The notes below the pieces were generated by a model. That model ran no database searches. It saw nothing but the letters and a program-made list of their open reading frames with translations, and was not told where the DNA came from. A stretch of DNA of 64,000 nucleotides from a virus, in the IMG/VR virus record IMGVR_UViG_3300035180_002250, positions 32,001 through 96,000 of that record; one strand, 5' to 3'. Of this stretch, positions 1-9,561 are shown piece by piece (the stretch's first letter is position 1; every line of letters starts with the position of its first letter). The position numbers were made by a program, and so were the translations under genes.

Positions 1-543
1 CGTTACCAACTGGATTATTTAACGTTGCATATTCAGTATCCAGGGGTTAGACCACTTACACCATATATACCCACGTCCTTCGGTATCCCGAATCCCGTAA
101 GTGACGAGTATGTTAATGATTATCTTCCATACTTAATGTGCGACGTTAAAAACGAAACAGAACAGTACACGTACGGCCAGTATTTGGAAGAGCAGATAGC
201 TAAGGTGATTAATATGTACAAAAAAGACGGATACAATACTAACCAGGCGTACATGACAGTCGGGGATCCGAAAACACTTGATATGGTAGATCCACCGTGT
301 CTGAGAGGTATTGATACCCGTATTATCGATAGTGTACTCCACTTTTTTGTATATTTTAGATCGTGGGATTTGTGGAGTGGTCTACCAGCTAATCTGGCAG
401 GAATCCAGATACTTAAAGAGTACATGGCATCTGAGATCGGTGTAAAGGATGGTGCGATTGTGGCAGCAACAAAAGGAGGGCATATCTATCATTATGCGTT
501 GGAATATACGCAGAAGTACACTGGTAAAAATTTCAGAGACTAA
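1..543 (+). CDS. thyA: Thymidylate synthase (archaeal-like ThyA family), 5' end outside the window
   Basis: DPPCLR catalytic Cys motif, FRSWDLWSGLPAN motif and GHIY; frame is open from base 1. Confidence 0.85.
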   Translation, partial: RYQLDYLTLHIQYPGVRPLTPYIPTSFGIPNPVSDEYVNDYLPYLMCDVKNETEQYTYGQYLEEQIAKVINMYKKDGYNTNQAYMTVGDPKTLDMVDPPCLRGIDTRIIDSVLHFFVYFRSWDLWSGLPANLAGIQILKEYMASEIGVKDGAIVAATKGGHIYHYALEYTQKYTGKNFRD

Positions 544-608
544 ACTTGACACTATTTTTCCGGTAAAAAGATGTCAAGATTTTAAATCATCATAAACGAA
601 AAAAATCA

Positions 609-806
609 ATGAAAAACAAAGCATTCATGCTAAAAAAATTATCTGCGAAGTATAATATACCCATTAGTATAGTATATGAGACATATAATTGTTTAATAGA
701 GTACGAGGAGTTACCTGAAGTAATCAACGAAATTAAAATGCTAGCACGTACTGTAAATGGAAGGGGGCATGAATGGCAACAACAAACAAAAGAAATAAAG
801 ATATGA
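609..806 (+). CDS. Hypothetical small protein
   Basis: 65-aa ORF filling the gap between thyA and gyrB; its stop overlaps the alternative gyrB ATG at 803. Confidence 0.45.
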   Translation: MKNKAFMLKKLSAKYNIPISIVYETYNCLIEYEELPEVINEIKMLARTVNGRGHEWQQQTKEIKI

Positions 807-2746
807 ATACTCCCACATACACATCAGATAATATACAGGTACTTGAGGGCCTTGAAGCTGTTAGACAAAGGCCATCCATGTATATTGGTAACGTAGGTGA
901 GGGAGGGTTGCACCATCTGGTGTATGAAGTTGTAGATAACAGCATGGATGAAGCACTTGCAGGGTACTGTGATAAAGTAGTTATTACAATATATAAAGAT
1001 AATTCTATTTCTGTATTGGATAATGGTAGAGGTATTCCTACAGAGATACACAAGGAAACCGGGTTATCCGCAATAGAAGTCGTTTTGACTAAACTACATG
1101 CAGGCGGAAAGTTTAATAACGACAGCTATAAAACGAGCGGTGGGTTACATGGTGTGGGTATCAGTGTAGTTAATGCTCTTTCTAAATACACTAAAGTATG
1201 TGTATTTAAAGGTAAGGAGCAATATTCCCAGGAATATGAAAAAGGATTACCAATCAGTAGGGTTGTTAAAGCCCTACGTAATAAAAAAGAATTCAATGAG
1301 ATAAAGACAGGTACTTATGTTTACTTCAAACCGGATGACACGATTTTTGATACGACTGTATATAATGTGGAAACTCTTGCAGACAGGTTTAAAGAGCTAT
1401 CATTATTAAATCCTAAAGTACACATTACTTTGAGAGATGAAAGAACAGGGGTAGAAAAGGAGTTTTACTCTGATAACGGCTTGATCGATTTCTTTACGGA
1501 TTATAATAAATCCTTAAAGAGTGATGAAAAGCCTATTATAGATGTGATCAGAGCTACAACTGAGCTAGATGAAGTATATATTGATTTTACCATGCAATAT
1601 AATACTACCTATAAAAAAGAAGGACATTCATTTGTAAATAATATCAGGACTATCGAAGGTGGTACACATGTAACTGGATTCAGAAGTGCATTACTGCGGG
1701 TTTTTAAATATTTTGTAGGTGAACTAAAAATGCATCTTAATTTTAACTCAGACGATATACAAGAGGGTTTGGTTTACATTATATCTCTCAGAATGAAAGA
1801 CCCACAGTTTGAAGGACAAACAAAAACCAAACTTGGGAATTCTTACATAAAACCACTGGTAGATAAGGTAGTTTACGATAATCTGCTTGAGTACTTTGAA
1901 TTCCACCCAGAGCAACTAAAGCTGGTGTTCAACAAGATAAAAGTATCAGCAAAGTCCAGAGAAGCAGCATCTAAGGCTAGAGACCTTGCCAGAGCGAAGT
2001 TAAAAGTTATAGAAGTGGATTCTGTTGGTGTGTTACCTGGTAAATTGGCCGATTGCCAGTCAAATGATCCTTCTGAGTGTGAAATATATTTTGTGGAAGG
2101 GGAAAGCGCCGGTGGATCAGCCAAACAAGCAAGGGATAGACGCTTTCAGGCTATTTTACCACTAAGAGGAAAGGTTCTTAATGTTGAGGGCATGAACCTC
2201 CGTCGTGTGCTACAGAATGAGGAAATCAAAAATATAATTACAGCACTGGGTACAGGGATCGGGGAGAACTTTAATCAGAATAAGTTGCGGTATCACAAGA
2301 TAGTTATTATGACGGATGCAGATGTAGATGGAGCCCATATACGGTCATTACTTCTAACATTAATATTCAGGCAGATGCCGGAGTTGATTATGGATGGGTT
2401 TGTTTATATTGCTCAACCACCTTTATACAAGGTAGAGTCTGGAAAATCGCATTGGTATGTAAAAGATGCTCAGGAGCTGCCAGACCTCCTCAGAACGTTA
2501 AAAAAAGATAAAGACCAGGTACGTATTCAACGGTACAAAGGTTTGGGTGAGATGGCCCCTCAGCAGCTTTGGGAGACGACTATGGACCCGGTTAACAGGA
2601 CGATGTTGAAAGTTAAAATTGAAGATGCTATAGGTACAGACCACCTATTTTCAGTTTTAATGGGTGATGATGTGGAACCACGTAGAAACTTTATTTACCA
2701 ACATGCTTTATCTGATGAAGTTAAGTTCGAGGCTTTGGATATTTGA
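773..2746 (+). CDS. gyrB: DNA gyrase subunit B
   Basis: LEAVRQRPSMYIG, EVVDNSMDE, DNGRGIP, HAGGKF, GLHGVGISVVNALS, VEGESAGG, IMTDADVDGAHI, QRYKGLGEM; start may be 803. Confidence 0.97.
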   Translation: MATTNKRNKDMNTPTYTSDNIQVLEGLEAVRQRPSMYIGNVGEGGLHHLVYEVVDNSMDEALAGYCDKVVITIYKDNSISVLDNGRGIPTEIHKETGLSAIEVVLTKLHAGGKFNNDSYKTSGGLHGVGISVVNALSKYTKVCVFKGKEQYSQEYEKGLPISRVVKALRNKKEFNEIKTGTYVYFKPDDTIFDTTVYNVETLADRFKELSLLNPKVHITLRDERTGVEKEFYSDNGLIDFFTDYNKSLKSDEKPIIDVIRATTELDEVYIDFTMQYNTTYKKEGHSFVNNIRTIEGGTHVTGFRSALLRVFKYFVGELKMHLNFNSDDIQEGLVYIISLRMKDPQFEGQTKTKLGNSYIKPLVDKVVYDNLLEYFEFHPEQLKLVFNKIKVSAKSREAASKARDLARAKLKVIEVDSVGVLPGKLADCQSNDPSECEIYFVEGESAGGSAKQARDRRFQAILPLRGKVLNVEGMNLRRVLQNEEIKNIITALGTGIGENFNQNKLRYHKIVIMTDADVDGAHIRSLLLTLIFRQMPELIMDGFVYIAQPPLYKVESGKSHWYVKDAQELPDLLRTLKKDKDQVRIQRYKGLGEMAPQQLWETTMDPVNRTMLKVKIEDAIGTDHLFSVLMGDDVEPRRNFIYQHALSDEVKFEALDI

Positions 2747-2764
2747 AAAACAACTATACCTTTT

Positions 2765-2773
2765 TGTTATAAG
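2765..2773 (+). promoter_or_regulatory. TGTTATAAG promoter-like motif (extended -10 like)
   Basis: Same 9-mer at the head of five plus-strand units (2765, 35131, 42682, 52957, 57795). Confidence 0.65.
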
Positions 2774-2873
2774 GTAATAGTATGGGAAGTTTAATTTGCT
2801 CAGGGGTAGCCTCCCTGAGCTTTCAGTATATGGGTTGGCTACCCAAAGAATAGGAGAGGAGAGTTTAATCCAA

Positions 2874-3182
2874 ATGGATTATTCTCATGTTATTCTTTCC
2901 ACCCCTCTTTTACTGGTGGACGGCGTGTATAGACGCCGTACCATCAGCCTCGAAGAGGCGGTGGAGTGGGTGACATCTCGATCTCCGAAGAATTTTTGCG
3001 GTCACCAGACCGTGAAGATTCTCGGGATTGAGCCCTCCACGTCTCGGGAAGCCTGCCAAGGTTTCTCAGAGGCCCTTTGTTTGAAACCAAAGGGCCGTCT
3101 TGAGTTCGGCAAGGAATATAGCCTTGCTGAAATCGAGGCCGTGGGGGTGGAGTTCGTCCTGTTGACCTACTTGGGTGAATAA
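2874..3182 (+). CDS. DUF1874 / AcrIII-1-like viral ring nuclease (candidate type III anti-CRISPR)
   Basis: About 102 aa; G-x-Y...ISLEEA...FCGHQT..ILGI...R...ALCL...GRL..G...SLAEI....EFVLL resembles YddF/STIV B116/SIRV1 gp29 including the GH motif; SD before ATG 2874. Confidence 0.7.
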   Translation: MDYSHVILSTPLLLVDGVYRRRTISLEEAVEWVTSRSPKNFCGHQTVKILGIEPSTSREACQGFSEALCLKPKGRLEFGKEYSLAEIEAVGVEFVLLTYLGE

Positions 3183-3442
3183 CCCATAGGTCAACATGGC
3201 GGCTCCAGTCGCCCGGGTCTCCCCGACCTTAAAGTGGGCGCCATCGTCCGGCGCACCGAAGGGCAGCAGGGTTCAGGATAGACCCGCTGCCGAAGAATAG
3301 GACGAGAAAAATCCAATTGGGGAGGTATGATGAGCCATACTACTTCCCCACCAATAATGACCCCGCTCTCGCCAAGCGGGGTTTATCATAAGCCGGGGGG
3401 CACCCGGCACGTATTGCCCCAAATGGGGCAAAGGAGGTAAGT

Positions 3443-3724
3443 ATGGATTATTATGAATGTAAAGACGGGCAGGTGGTGTACTGCCCGGAAGAAGATGGGC
3501 GGGAAGATACCGCCCATGCAAATAGTGTCCACAAGATTTACCAGCTCATCCGAGCTGGAGAATTCCACAGTTATATCATGCTGGTCCAACTGGACCAGCA
3601 GGGTCTGGAAGACTTCGGGTTGCTGAGTGCAGCAACCCGAGCCTTCCCTGGATTAGTTACAGAAGCCCAGCGGCAGTTAGCCAGCTGGGAACAGGAGGAG
3701 GCAACAGCCTCCTCCGGAATGTAA
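3443..3724 (+). CDS. Hypothetical protein
   Basis: Strong SD (AGGAGGT), 93 aa, followed by a terminator. Confidence 0.7.
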   Translation: MDYYECKDGQVVYCPEEDGREDTAHANSVHKIYQLIRAGEFHSYIMLVQLDQQGLEDFGLLSAATRAFPGLVTEAQRQLASWEQEEATASSGM

Positions 3725-3732
3725 AAAAAGAG

Positions 3733-3778
3733 GGCCGCATTACTCAATAGAGTAGTGCGGCCATTATTATTTTTTTTA
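3733..3778 (+). terminator. Intrinsic terminator
   Basis: GGCCGCATTACTC...GAGTAGTGCGGCC stem followed by a T-rich tract. Confidence 0.6.
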
Positions 3779-3843
3779 CAAAAGCACCCAAGATGAATGG
3801 GTACCACAATAGCTGGCAAAAATGCCAGCAAAGGAGGAAAAAT

Positions 3844-4314
3844 ATGGTTAACGCATTGACAGAACTTGAGGGTAAGATCGGCGGCTCTGTCGTTGAAAAG
3901 GTTTTCTGTGCGTCTATTTTTTACTATAACGACAGGGAACCATTGCGTGAAGTAGTGATGAAGACCGGTCAAGCTCCGGAATCTTTAATTGAAATATTAG
4001 CAGGGATCGAGTATGACCCTGTTTATGGCCGTCAACATATTGATGGTAGGGTCTGGACCAAAGACCTGACCACCTTAATACGGATGGAGTATAATGGGGA
4101 GTGGTGGGAGGAATACCCACTATTCCCCATTCCGAAACGGCTGGTAGCTAAACCGTGGGCAATGGTAAGGTATGGTGAGGAGGATTTCCTGGTCAATGCA
4201 AATGAGGATATAATTGTTCCTATGCGGGTTCACAATATACTTCCTATCTGTAACCACGGTGAGATAATGGCGCTATATGAACAATCGGCAGTCAATATCG
4301 CTGCACAGGGGTAA
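3844..4314 (+). CDS. Hypothetical protein, YDxGYG...G-x-VW...EWW paralogue family
   Basis: SD AGGAGG before ATG 3844; motif shared with ORFs at 4353, 4961 and 11394. Confidence 0.75.
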   Translation: MVNALTELEGKIGGSVVEKVFCASIFYYNDREPLREVVMKTGQAPESLIEILAGIEYDPVYGRQHIDGRVWTKDLTTLIRMEYNGEWWEEYPLFPIPKRLVAKPWAMVRYGEEDFLVNANEDIIVPMRVHNILPICNHGEIMALYEQSAVNIAAQG

Positions 4315-4352
4315 ACCAAATAGCTGGCAAAAATGCCAGCAAAAGGAGGAAT

Positions 4353-4841
4353 ATGGTGAATGCAAGACAGGAATTAGATAGGAAGCTCGACCAGTACGGG
4401 GTTTCAGTACTGTTCGGGGAAGTTTCATACGTCCCCGAACCTGGAGTCTCTGACGACTTTGTCGTGAGAGATGATAACCATGCTGATTTTTTCAAGTGGA
4501 TAAATGGTATCAACTATGACCAGGGATACGGTCGGCAGTTCTTGCTCGGTCGTATCTGGGTGGAAAAACAGTCGGGTGAGATAGCCACTCTCACCCGCTG
4601 TGCGCATGATGGGGCGGAGTGGTGGGGATTAGGGGATTTCACCACGGTCCCACAGAGACTGTTTAGGCTGATTGGACCAACCTGGAAAGGGATCACATTG
4701 GGGGACGGACGGGAATTCTTAGTCCGTTCTCGGGAACAAGGAAGGGCTATTTACCCGAACGGATGTTATTCAATTGGAGACCTTCTATCATATAGGAACG
4801 AAATCGAGCATATACTATCGGGTAACCATGGCTTGAAGTAA
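4353..4841 (+). CDS. Hypothetical protein, same paralogue family
   Basis: YDQGYGRQFLLGRIW...HDGAEWW; SD AGGAGG. Confidence 0.75.
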   Translation: MVNARQELDRKLDQYGVSVLFGEVSYVPEPGVSDDFVVRDDNHADFFKWINGINYDQGYGRQFLLGRIWVEKQSGEIATLTRCAHDGAEWWGLGDFTTVPQRLFRLIGPTWKGITLGDGREFLVRSREQGRAIYPNGCYSIGDLLSYRNEIEHILSGNHGLK

Positions 4842-4960
4842 GTGATGGGGACCTAGCAAGACCCGGCATCTTTCATAGATGTATGGGCAGGAATAGAATA
4901 TGATCCATACAGTGTTAAAAACACTAACGCGGGTAAAATGTCCGCAAGAAAGGAGTAGGT

Positions 4961-5689
4961 ATGAAAAAAAATGTAGCAACTGAATTGGTCTCCACCCTGA
5001 ACGTGGACGAAGTATGGGGGGAGGTGACCGTCATTTGTATGGTGTCCGCCGCCAAAGTGACCCACCATTGCAGTGGTGGGTCGAAAACCATTTCCCTCCG
5101 GCGTGGGGGGGATAAGGTAAAATTCTTCAAAGAGTTGTCTGAACTGGAGTTCGACAGCTCCAACTTGGATGAGTATGTAACAGGTACTGTTTGGTTGACG
5201 GACGGGACCTGGTTGGAGATGGGTGAAAACGAAGTGACCGGGGAGGGTATATGGATTCACATGACACCTCCCCGTTTACCTAATGATCTTAGTGCTAATG
5301 TTGAACCTCAAATTGAAATGGTGCAGAAAAAACTCGTCCACCATACCAGGGTGGCCGAGGTTGCGTTCAGAGCGTACGCCCACGGCTACACCCGTGGGTG
5401 CGCACGGAACAAGATTATCGATCCCAATACACCGGTTGATCGGATGGCAGCAATGCTGTCCGAGAAACTGGGTAATTTGAGCCAAATTCTGGTCCACCCT
5501 GACTGGTACGGGGTGGGTTGTATGGAGAAAGTGCACACAGAGTTGATAACTCTGTGGGCAGCTCTCCCGACACGGTCGGCGTGGGAAACAGAGACTGGTA
5601 GGAAATTAACCAATAGTCGGTTGCCACAATCGCTGGCAACCATAACCTGGGATCTGCGGACTCTAATCAACCTGATGAAGGTTGCTTAG
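4961..5689 (+). CDS. Hypothetical protein, divergent family member with C-terminal extension
   Basis: EFDSS...VTGTVWLTDGTWL; SD AAGGAG. Confidence 0.7.
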   Translation: MKKNVATELVSTLNVDEVWGEVTVICMVSAAKVTHHCSGGSKTISLRRGGDKVKFFKELSELEFDSSNLDEYVTGTVWLTDGTWLEMGENEVTGEGIWIHMTPPRLPNDLSANVEPQIEMVQKKLVHHTRVAEVAFRAYAHGYTRGCARNKIIDPNTPVDRMAAMLSEKLGNLSQILVHPDWYGVGCMEKVHTELITLWAALPTRSAWETETGRKLTNSRLPQSLATITWDLRTLINLMKVA

Positions 5690-5706
5690 TAGAGTCCCAA
5701 AAAAAT

Positions 5707-5742
5707 TTCTCCAACGGGGTACCTCATACCTCGTTGGAGAAA
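5707..5742 (+). terminator. Hairpin or terminator ending the GC-rich block
   Basis: TTTCTCCAACG...CGTTGGAGAAA inverted repeat. Confidence 0.5.
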
Positions 5743-5772
5743 CGCATTCTGAAGTGTCTGAACGAAAAGTAA

Positions 5773-6030
5773 ATGAGGTATACTATTGAAGCTTGGGTGG
5801 AAACAATTATTGTCTGGAATCAACTCAAGTCTATTTTTAGCATTTTAACTGATTATTGCAAAAAAGAAAAATCAACTTAATGACCTAATAGGTCGATTGG
5901 GGGGCATTCTTTATTTATTAGGTGGATATATTGATTTGTTTGAAAAAACAATCCATAAAATTTTAAAAAAAAGATAAACAAAATGAACATGAACAAGAAC
6001 AAGATTCAATTATTGTCGGATGATTTAAAT
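5773..6030 (+). pseudogene. Degenerate copy of the 3' part of ORF 8391-8762
   Basis: Visible nucleotide similarity to about 8535-8765 (TTAGGWGGATATRTTGATTTGTT..AAAACAATCCAT) with an early stop. Confidence 0.65.
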
Positions 6031-6053
6031 CATTATTAAACAAGGAGAATAAA

Positions 6054-6617
6054 ATGTTTCATCAAATCAACCCATATCTGAATGAATTTTTTAGCCTCGA
6101 CTGCGCACCAGATATCGTGGGTTTAAAGCTGTTCCCAAATTTAAAAGAAGTTACTGAGAGTATGGGGGCATTTTATGCAGTCCAAAAATATATTTTGGAC
6201 AATAACTATCAACTGTTCAAAAATCCCAAAATAGTGGTTATCTCAGTAGGTGATGGATCAACTCCAAGGACAGCAGCATTATTTGCTTTTAGAACCAATT
6301 GGGATTGCTATAGCATCGATCCAATGCTGCATACTGAAAGAGAAGAATTTAAAATGATCCAGCGTCTTACCATGATTAAGGATAAAGTTGAAAACGTTAA
6401 ACTTGACCTCTCTAATTATGAGAATGTGATAATCCTGATGGTGCATTCCCATGCAGGGCTAAAAAGAACCTTAAATGCTTTGCAACATAAAAATAGATCG
6501 CTTGTAACTATTCCGTGTTGTGTACCGCATGAAATAGCAGACCAACCCTATATTGGATATGTTGATACATCCATTGCTACAGCTAAAAACACAGTTAAAA
6601 TTTGGAGGAATATATGA
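6054..6617 (+). CDS. Putative SAM-dependent methyltransferase-like protein
   Basis: VISVGDG...YSIDP Rossmann-like motifs and IPCC motif; SD AGGAG. Confidence 0.45.
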   Translation: MFHQINPYLNEFFSLDCAPDIVGLKLFPNLKEVTESMGAFYAVQKYILDNNYQLFKNPKIVVISVGDGSTPRTAALFAFRTNWDCYSIDPMLHTEREEFKMIQRLTMIKDKVENVKLDLSNYENVIILMVHSHAGLKRTLNALQHKNRSLVTIPCCVPHEIADQPYIGYVDTSIATAKNTVKIWRNI

Positions 6618-7111
6618 TGAAATGCAAAGAGTTACAAGCAACTTTAATTAACAACGAATGGGAAATTATCTCAACCGATATACCTGGGGAAAGAGTTATG
6701 CCCAAGAAGGGGTACCAAGGACCACACATTATAACTCCTACTAAACTTACCATGTATTATAACTATGACCCAAATGGTGATGGATCGGAGCACAAAAAAT
6801 ATAAGACAATGTTGATGAAATACATATTAACAATGTCTTATAAAAAACTGGCGGCGCTTGAGGATGAAAGAAATACAATTGTTAACGCACTGGATAACAT
6901 AGCAGAGATTCCACTATATGCAGTAAGGAAATGCAAAAGCAAAAAATGTGATAAGTGTGTTGGGTACACTCATGCATCACAAGATGGTTATTCTATTTTT
7001 TGTTCATCACAGAAAATAGATTCAAACTGGGACATTACGCATAACGCACAGGACGGCATTATCACCTGTCCAAAGTGTCTTGAAATCATGGTTTTAAATA
7101 AAATTGGATAA
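6614..7111 (+). CDS. Hypothetical protein with C-terminal Cys/His cluster
   Basis: H...C...ITCPKC; SD GGAGG. Confidence 0.6.
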   Translation: MMKCKELQATLINNEWEIISTDIPGERVMPKKGYQGPHIITPTKLTMYYNYDPNGDGSEHKKYKTMLMKYILTMSYKKLAALEDERNTIVNALDNIAEIPLYAVRKCKSKKCDKCVGYTHASQDGYSIFCSSQKIDSNWDITHNAQDGIITCPKCLEIMVLNKIG

Positions 7112-7116
7112 ACACA

Positions 7117-7305
7117 ATGATAGATATGACATATTGCATGAATGAATCATGCCCAAGGATCGAAACATGTAAAAGATTTATTGGGAATATTGAAGGTGTC
7201 TATACAAATAATTATTTATCACAAGCCTATTTTGAACATAAACATGGGCGTTGTGAGTATTTTATTGAACTGTTGAAACCCTTTGAAAAGGAGACTAAAC
7301 CATGA
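7117..7305 (+). CDS. Small Cys-rich phage protein
   Basis: DMTYC...CP...CKRF...CEYF; coupled to the next ORF. Confidence 0.6.
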   Translation: MIDMTYCMNESCPRIETCKRFIGNIEGVYTNNYLSQAYFEHKHGRCEYFIELLKPFEKETKP

Positions 7306-7577
7306 GTGGAGGGCACTTTGATTATGTACAACACAGACTGGATCGTGTTGTTGATCAGATTCAAGAATTGATTGACAACAACAATGTGGAAGATGAATTG
7401 GGTTATGCAAGTGATTACTCCAAAGAAACATTAGATAAATTTCGAGAAGCCGTAGAGATTATTACCAAGGCGAGCAATATGATCCATCGGATCGATTATC
7501 TAGTATCGGGTGATGATGGTGAGGATACGTTTAATAAGAAATGGAGCGGAGAAAAAGGATCGCACAATGAAACTTGA
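7302..7577 (+). CDS. Hypothetical phage protein (MSGGHFDY...)
   Basis: SD AAGGAG, 91 aa; has a deleted paralogue at 10597. Confidence 0.7.
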   Translation: MSGGHFDYVQHRLDRVVDQIQELIDNNNVEDELGYASDYSKETLDKFREAVEIITKASNMIHRIDYLVSGDDGEDTFNKKWSGEKGSHNET

Positions 7578-8155
7578 ACTTTGAACTCAAAATATCAATT
7601 GTCAAACGAACAATTGCACTCAATACTGGAAATTCTGGAAGCATAATGCACATGAAAGGAAATGAGACAATGTATATCCGAAATAATTACAATAACTCTA
7701 AAGCCATTTGGTTTATGGTTATATGTATTAACATGACGACAATTTCGGTTATTCTTCTTGGTTGTTACTTCAAGTTGGCCAGTATTGACAAATCTCTGAT
7801 TAAACAGACTCAGATGATGAAAGATGAGATGGAAGAAATCAACGTGCCGGAGGAAGACATAGCCCCTGAAGTTGGAACAACAAGGCTTGTCATTACGGCC
7901 TACACTGCCGATAAGCCAGGCAAGCTAACAGCTATAGCCATCAAGCCTACCCCAGGTTGGACATGTGCTGTCAGTCGGGACATGGCCCACTGGCTCGGTG
8001 GGAAGGTGTGGATCGAAGGTATTGGAGTGCGACATGTGCCCGATTTTACACACGAGCACATTCGCAATCGTGTAAATGCCCTGGTCGGAAAGCGTCAGGA
8101 AGTAGTGTACATCGGAGACACTGAGAGGAAAGTGGTCTTTCTTGGGAAAGGATGA
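7574..8155 (+). CDS. Membrane-anchored 3D-domain-like cell-wall protein
   Basis: TM helix then VITAYT...CAVSRD...GGKVWIEGIGVRHVPD; some of the Asp residues look degenerate; true start probably internal. Confidence 0.55.
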   Translation: MNFELKISIVKRTIALNTGNSGSIMHMKGNETMYIRNNYNNSKAIWFMVICINMTTISVILLGCYFKLASIDKSLIKQTQMMKDEMEEINVPEEDIAPEVGTTRLVITAYTADKPGKLTAIAIKPTPGWTCAVSRDMAHWLGGKVWIEGIGVRHVPDFTHEHIRNRVNALVGKRQEVVYIGDTERKVVFLGKG

Positions 8156-8161
8156 ATCAAA

Positions 8162-8398
8162 ATGGCAAATTTTGCTAACATCAAATTTTATGACATCGAT
8201 CTGGGAATTAAATATGATTTTCGAATGGTGTACAGAGGCGGAAAAAAGGTCGGACCGGAATTGGTTATTGATGATATCCTTGTAGGTGGTAAATCAATAA
8301 TTTCCATAGTTGACCCAGACTTAATCATTGATATTGAAGACATAATTCTCAAACAAATAGAAGATAATCAAATAACAAAGGAGGTATCCAATGGATAG
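8162..8398 (+). CDS. Hypothetical protein
   Basis: Tightly packed ORF in the operon. Confidence 0.55.
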   Translation: MANFANIKFYDIDLGIKYDFRMVYRGGKKVGPELVIDDILVGGKSIISIVDPDLIIDIEDIILKQIEDNQITKEVSNG

Positions 8399-8762
8399 AG
8401 CAATGATTGATTGGTTGTTGCATGATATTGATAATTTTCAGATTGAATTGGGCAGAACTGTTTTAGGCGAGCATGATTCAATCTATTATGAAACAAAACG
8501 AGTACTCTACAGACTTTCTGAAAGTTTAGCCCATGAAGATTGGTTGGGAACAATTATCGCTTATAATCAGATTAAATCGATTTACGAGATTTTAACTGAT
8601 TTATGTACAAAAGATAATCAACTTAGTGAAATCAGATACAGATTAAACTCTATCCTATATATATTAGGAGGATATGTTGATTTGTTAGAGAAAACAATCC
8701 ATGAAATTTTGAAAAAAGAAAAAGAAAATGGACAAGAACACGATTCAATCATTATTGAATGA
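8391..8762 (+). CDS. Hypothetical helical protein (paralogue of 8728-9039)
   Basis: Both share MD....LL.DI...Y......R.S.SL...DWLG; SD GGAGG. Confidence 0.7.
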   Translation: MDRAMIDWLLHDIDNFQIELGRTVLGEHDSIYYETKRVLYRLSESLAHEDWLGTIIAYNQIKSIYEILTDLCTKDNQLSEIRYRLNSILYILGGYVDLLEKTIHEILKKEKENGQEHDSIIIE

Positions 8763-9039
8763 TATTGAAAAGATCAAATATAAATTGATGACTGTTCCTG
8801 CGGATCAACACACTCCAGTATATTGGGGAGCTGTGAGGTCGGTAATACGAATATCCAGCTCTTTAGAACAAGGGGATTGGCTTGGAATTGTTGTTGGTTG
8901 GTATGAATTGAAGGCAGTGCTCTCCATCCAACTTCTGTATTTAATCGAAGATGATCGGTCTTCTGATGTTTGGATGGAGATTGAAAACATTATTGGTGAC
9001 TATTACCCACGGCTAAAGCCAGGGGCTTCTATGGCATAG
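8728..9039 (+). CDS. Hypothetical protein whose C-terminus is supplied by an IS end
   Basis: Last codons (DYYPRLKPGASMA) read through the IS605-type right-end copy. Confidence 0.65.
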   Translation: MDKNTIQSLLNDIEKIKYKLMTVPADQHTPVYWGAVRSVIRISSSLEQGDWLGIVVGWYELKAVLSIQLLYLIEDDRSSDVWMEIENIIGDYYPRLKPGASMA

Positions 9040-9052
9040 CCAATGGACTGTA
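8996..9052 (-). mobile_element. Solo IS200/IS605 right-end remnant
   Basis: CGGCTAAAGCCAGGGGCTTCTATGGCATA.CCAATGGACTGTA nearly identical to the tnpB 3' end at about 12007-12049. Confidence 0.85.
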
Positions 9053-9112
9053 ATACAGATAGAATTATCTGGAATATGTATTACCCAGAACGTTTTCGGA
9101 AAGGAGACTAAA

Positions 9113-9316
9113 ATGAGTAGCGATATATTCACAATATCACAGGATTATGGCAAAAGTATAATGACGACCTTGAAGGATACAATGGCTGAAGCCTGGAAAG
9201 TGAAGGCCAGCAAGTGTCCCTGTAAAGGAGGTCTTCCTCCAAAATTTGTGTGCATGATGACCTACCAGGATTGTGAAATGAATGGCTGTCCATTCGTGTT
9301 ATGGGGGTGCCTATGA
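9113..9316 (+). CDS. Small Cys-rich protein, WKxKASxCP family
   Basis: Paralogous to 13355-13594 and 35437-35718. Confidence 0.7.
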   Translation: MSSDIFTISQDYGKSIMTTLKDTMAEAWKVKASKCPCKGGLPPKFVCMMTYQDCEMNGCPFVLWGCL

Positions 9317-9561
9317 AATACAATGTAATTACAATCAACGCACGGAATAACAAATGGTTTGCTAGTTTCAACAAGGTAGCATTTAATAGAGTTAAAAGGA
9401 AAACAAAACCAAACCCTTTTGGTTTCTATTATTTTCCTGATGAAATACCTGTTGAGCAAGCATTTCAAGAACTAAAGGATGTGATGATTAGAGCTCACAA
9501 AGAAAGGATAGACGAATTAACTAAAAGTCTTGATGAATTAAAGAAATTGACATTAACTTGA
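9313..9561 (+). CDS. Hypothetical protein
   Basis: ATGA overlap with the preceding ORF. Confidence 0.55.
   Translation: MKYNVITINARNNKWFASFNKVAFNRVKRKTKPNPFGFYYFPDEIPVEQAFQELKDVMIRAHKERIDELTKSLDELKKLTLT

Noticed and set aside
1-2746. Host chromosomal DNA (thyA, gyrB)
   Set aside because: Contiguous with phage-style genes and similar in composition; large phages often carry these genes
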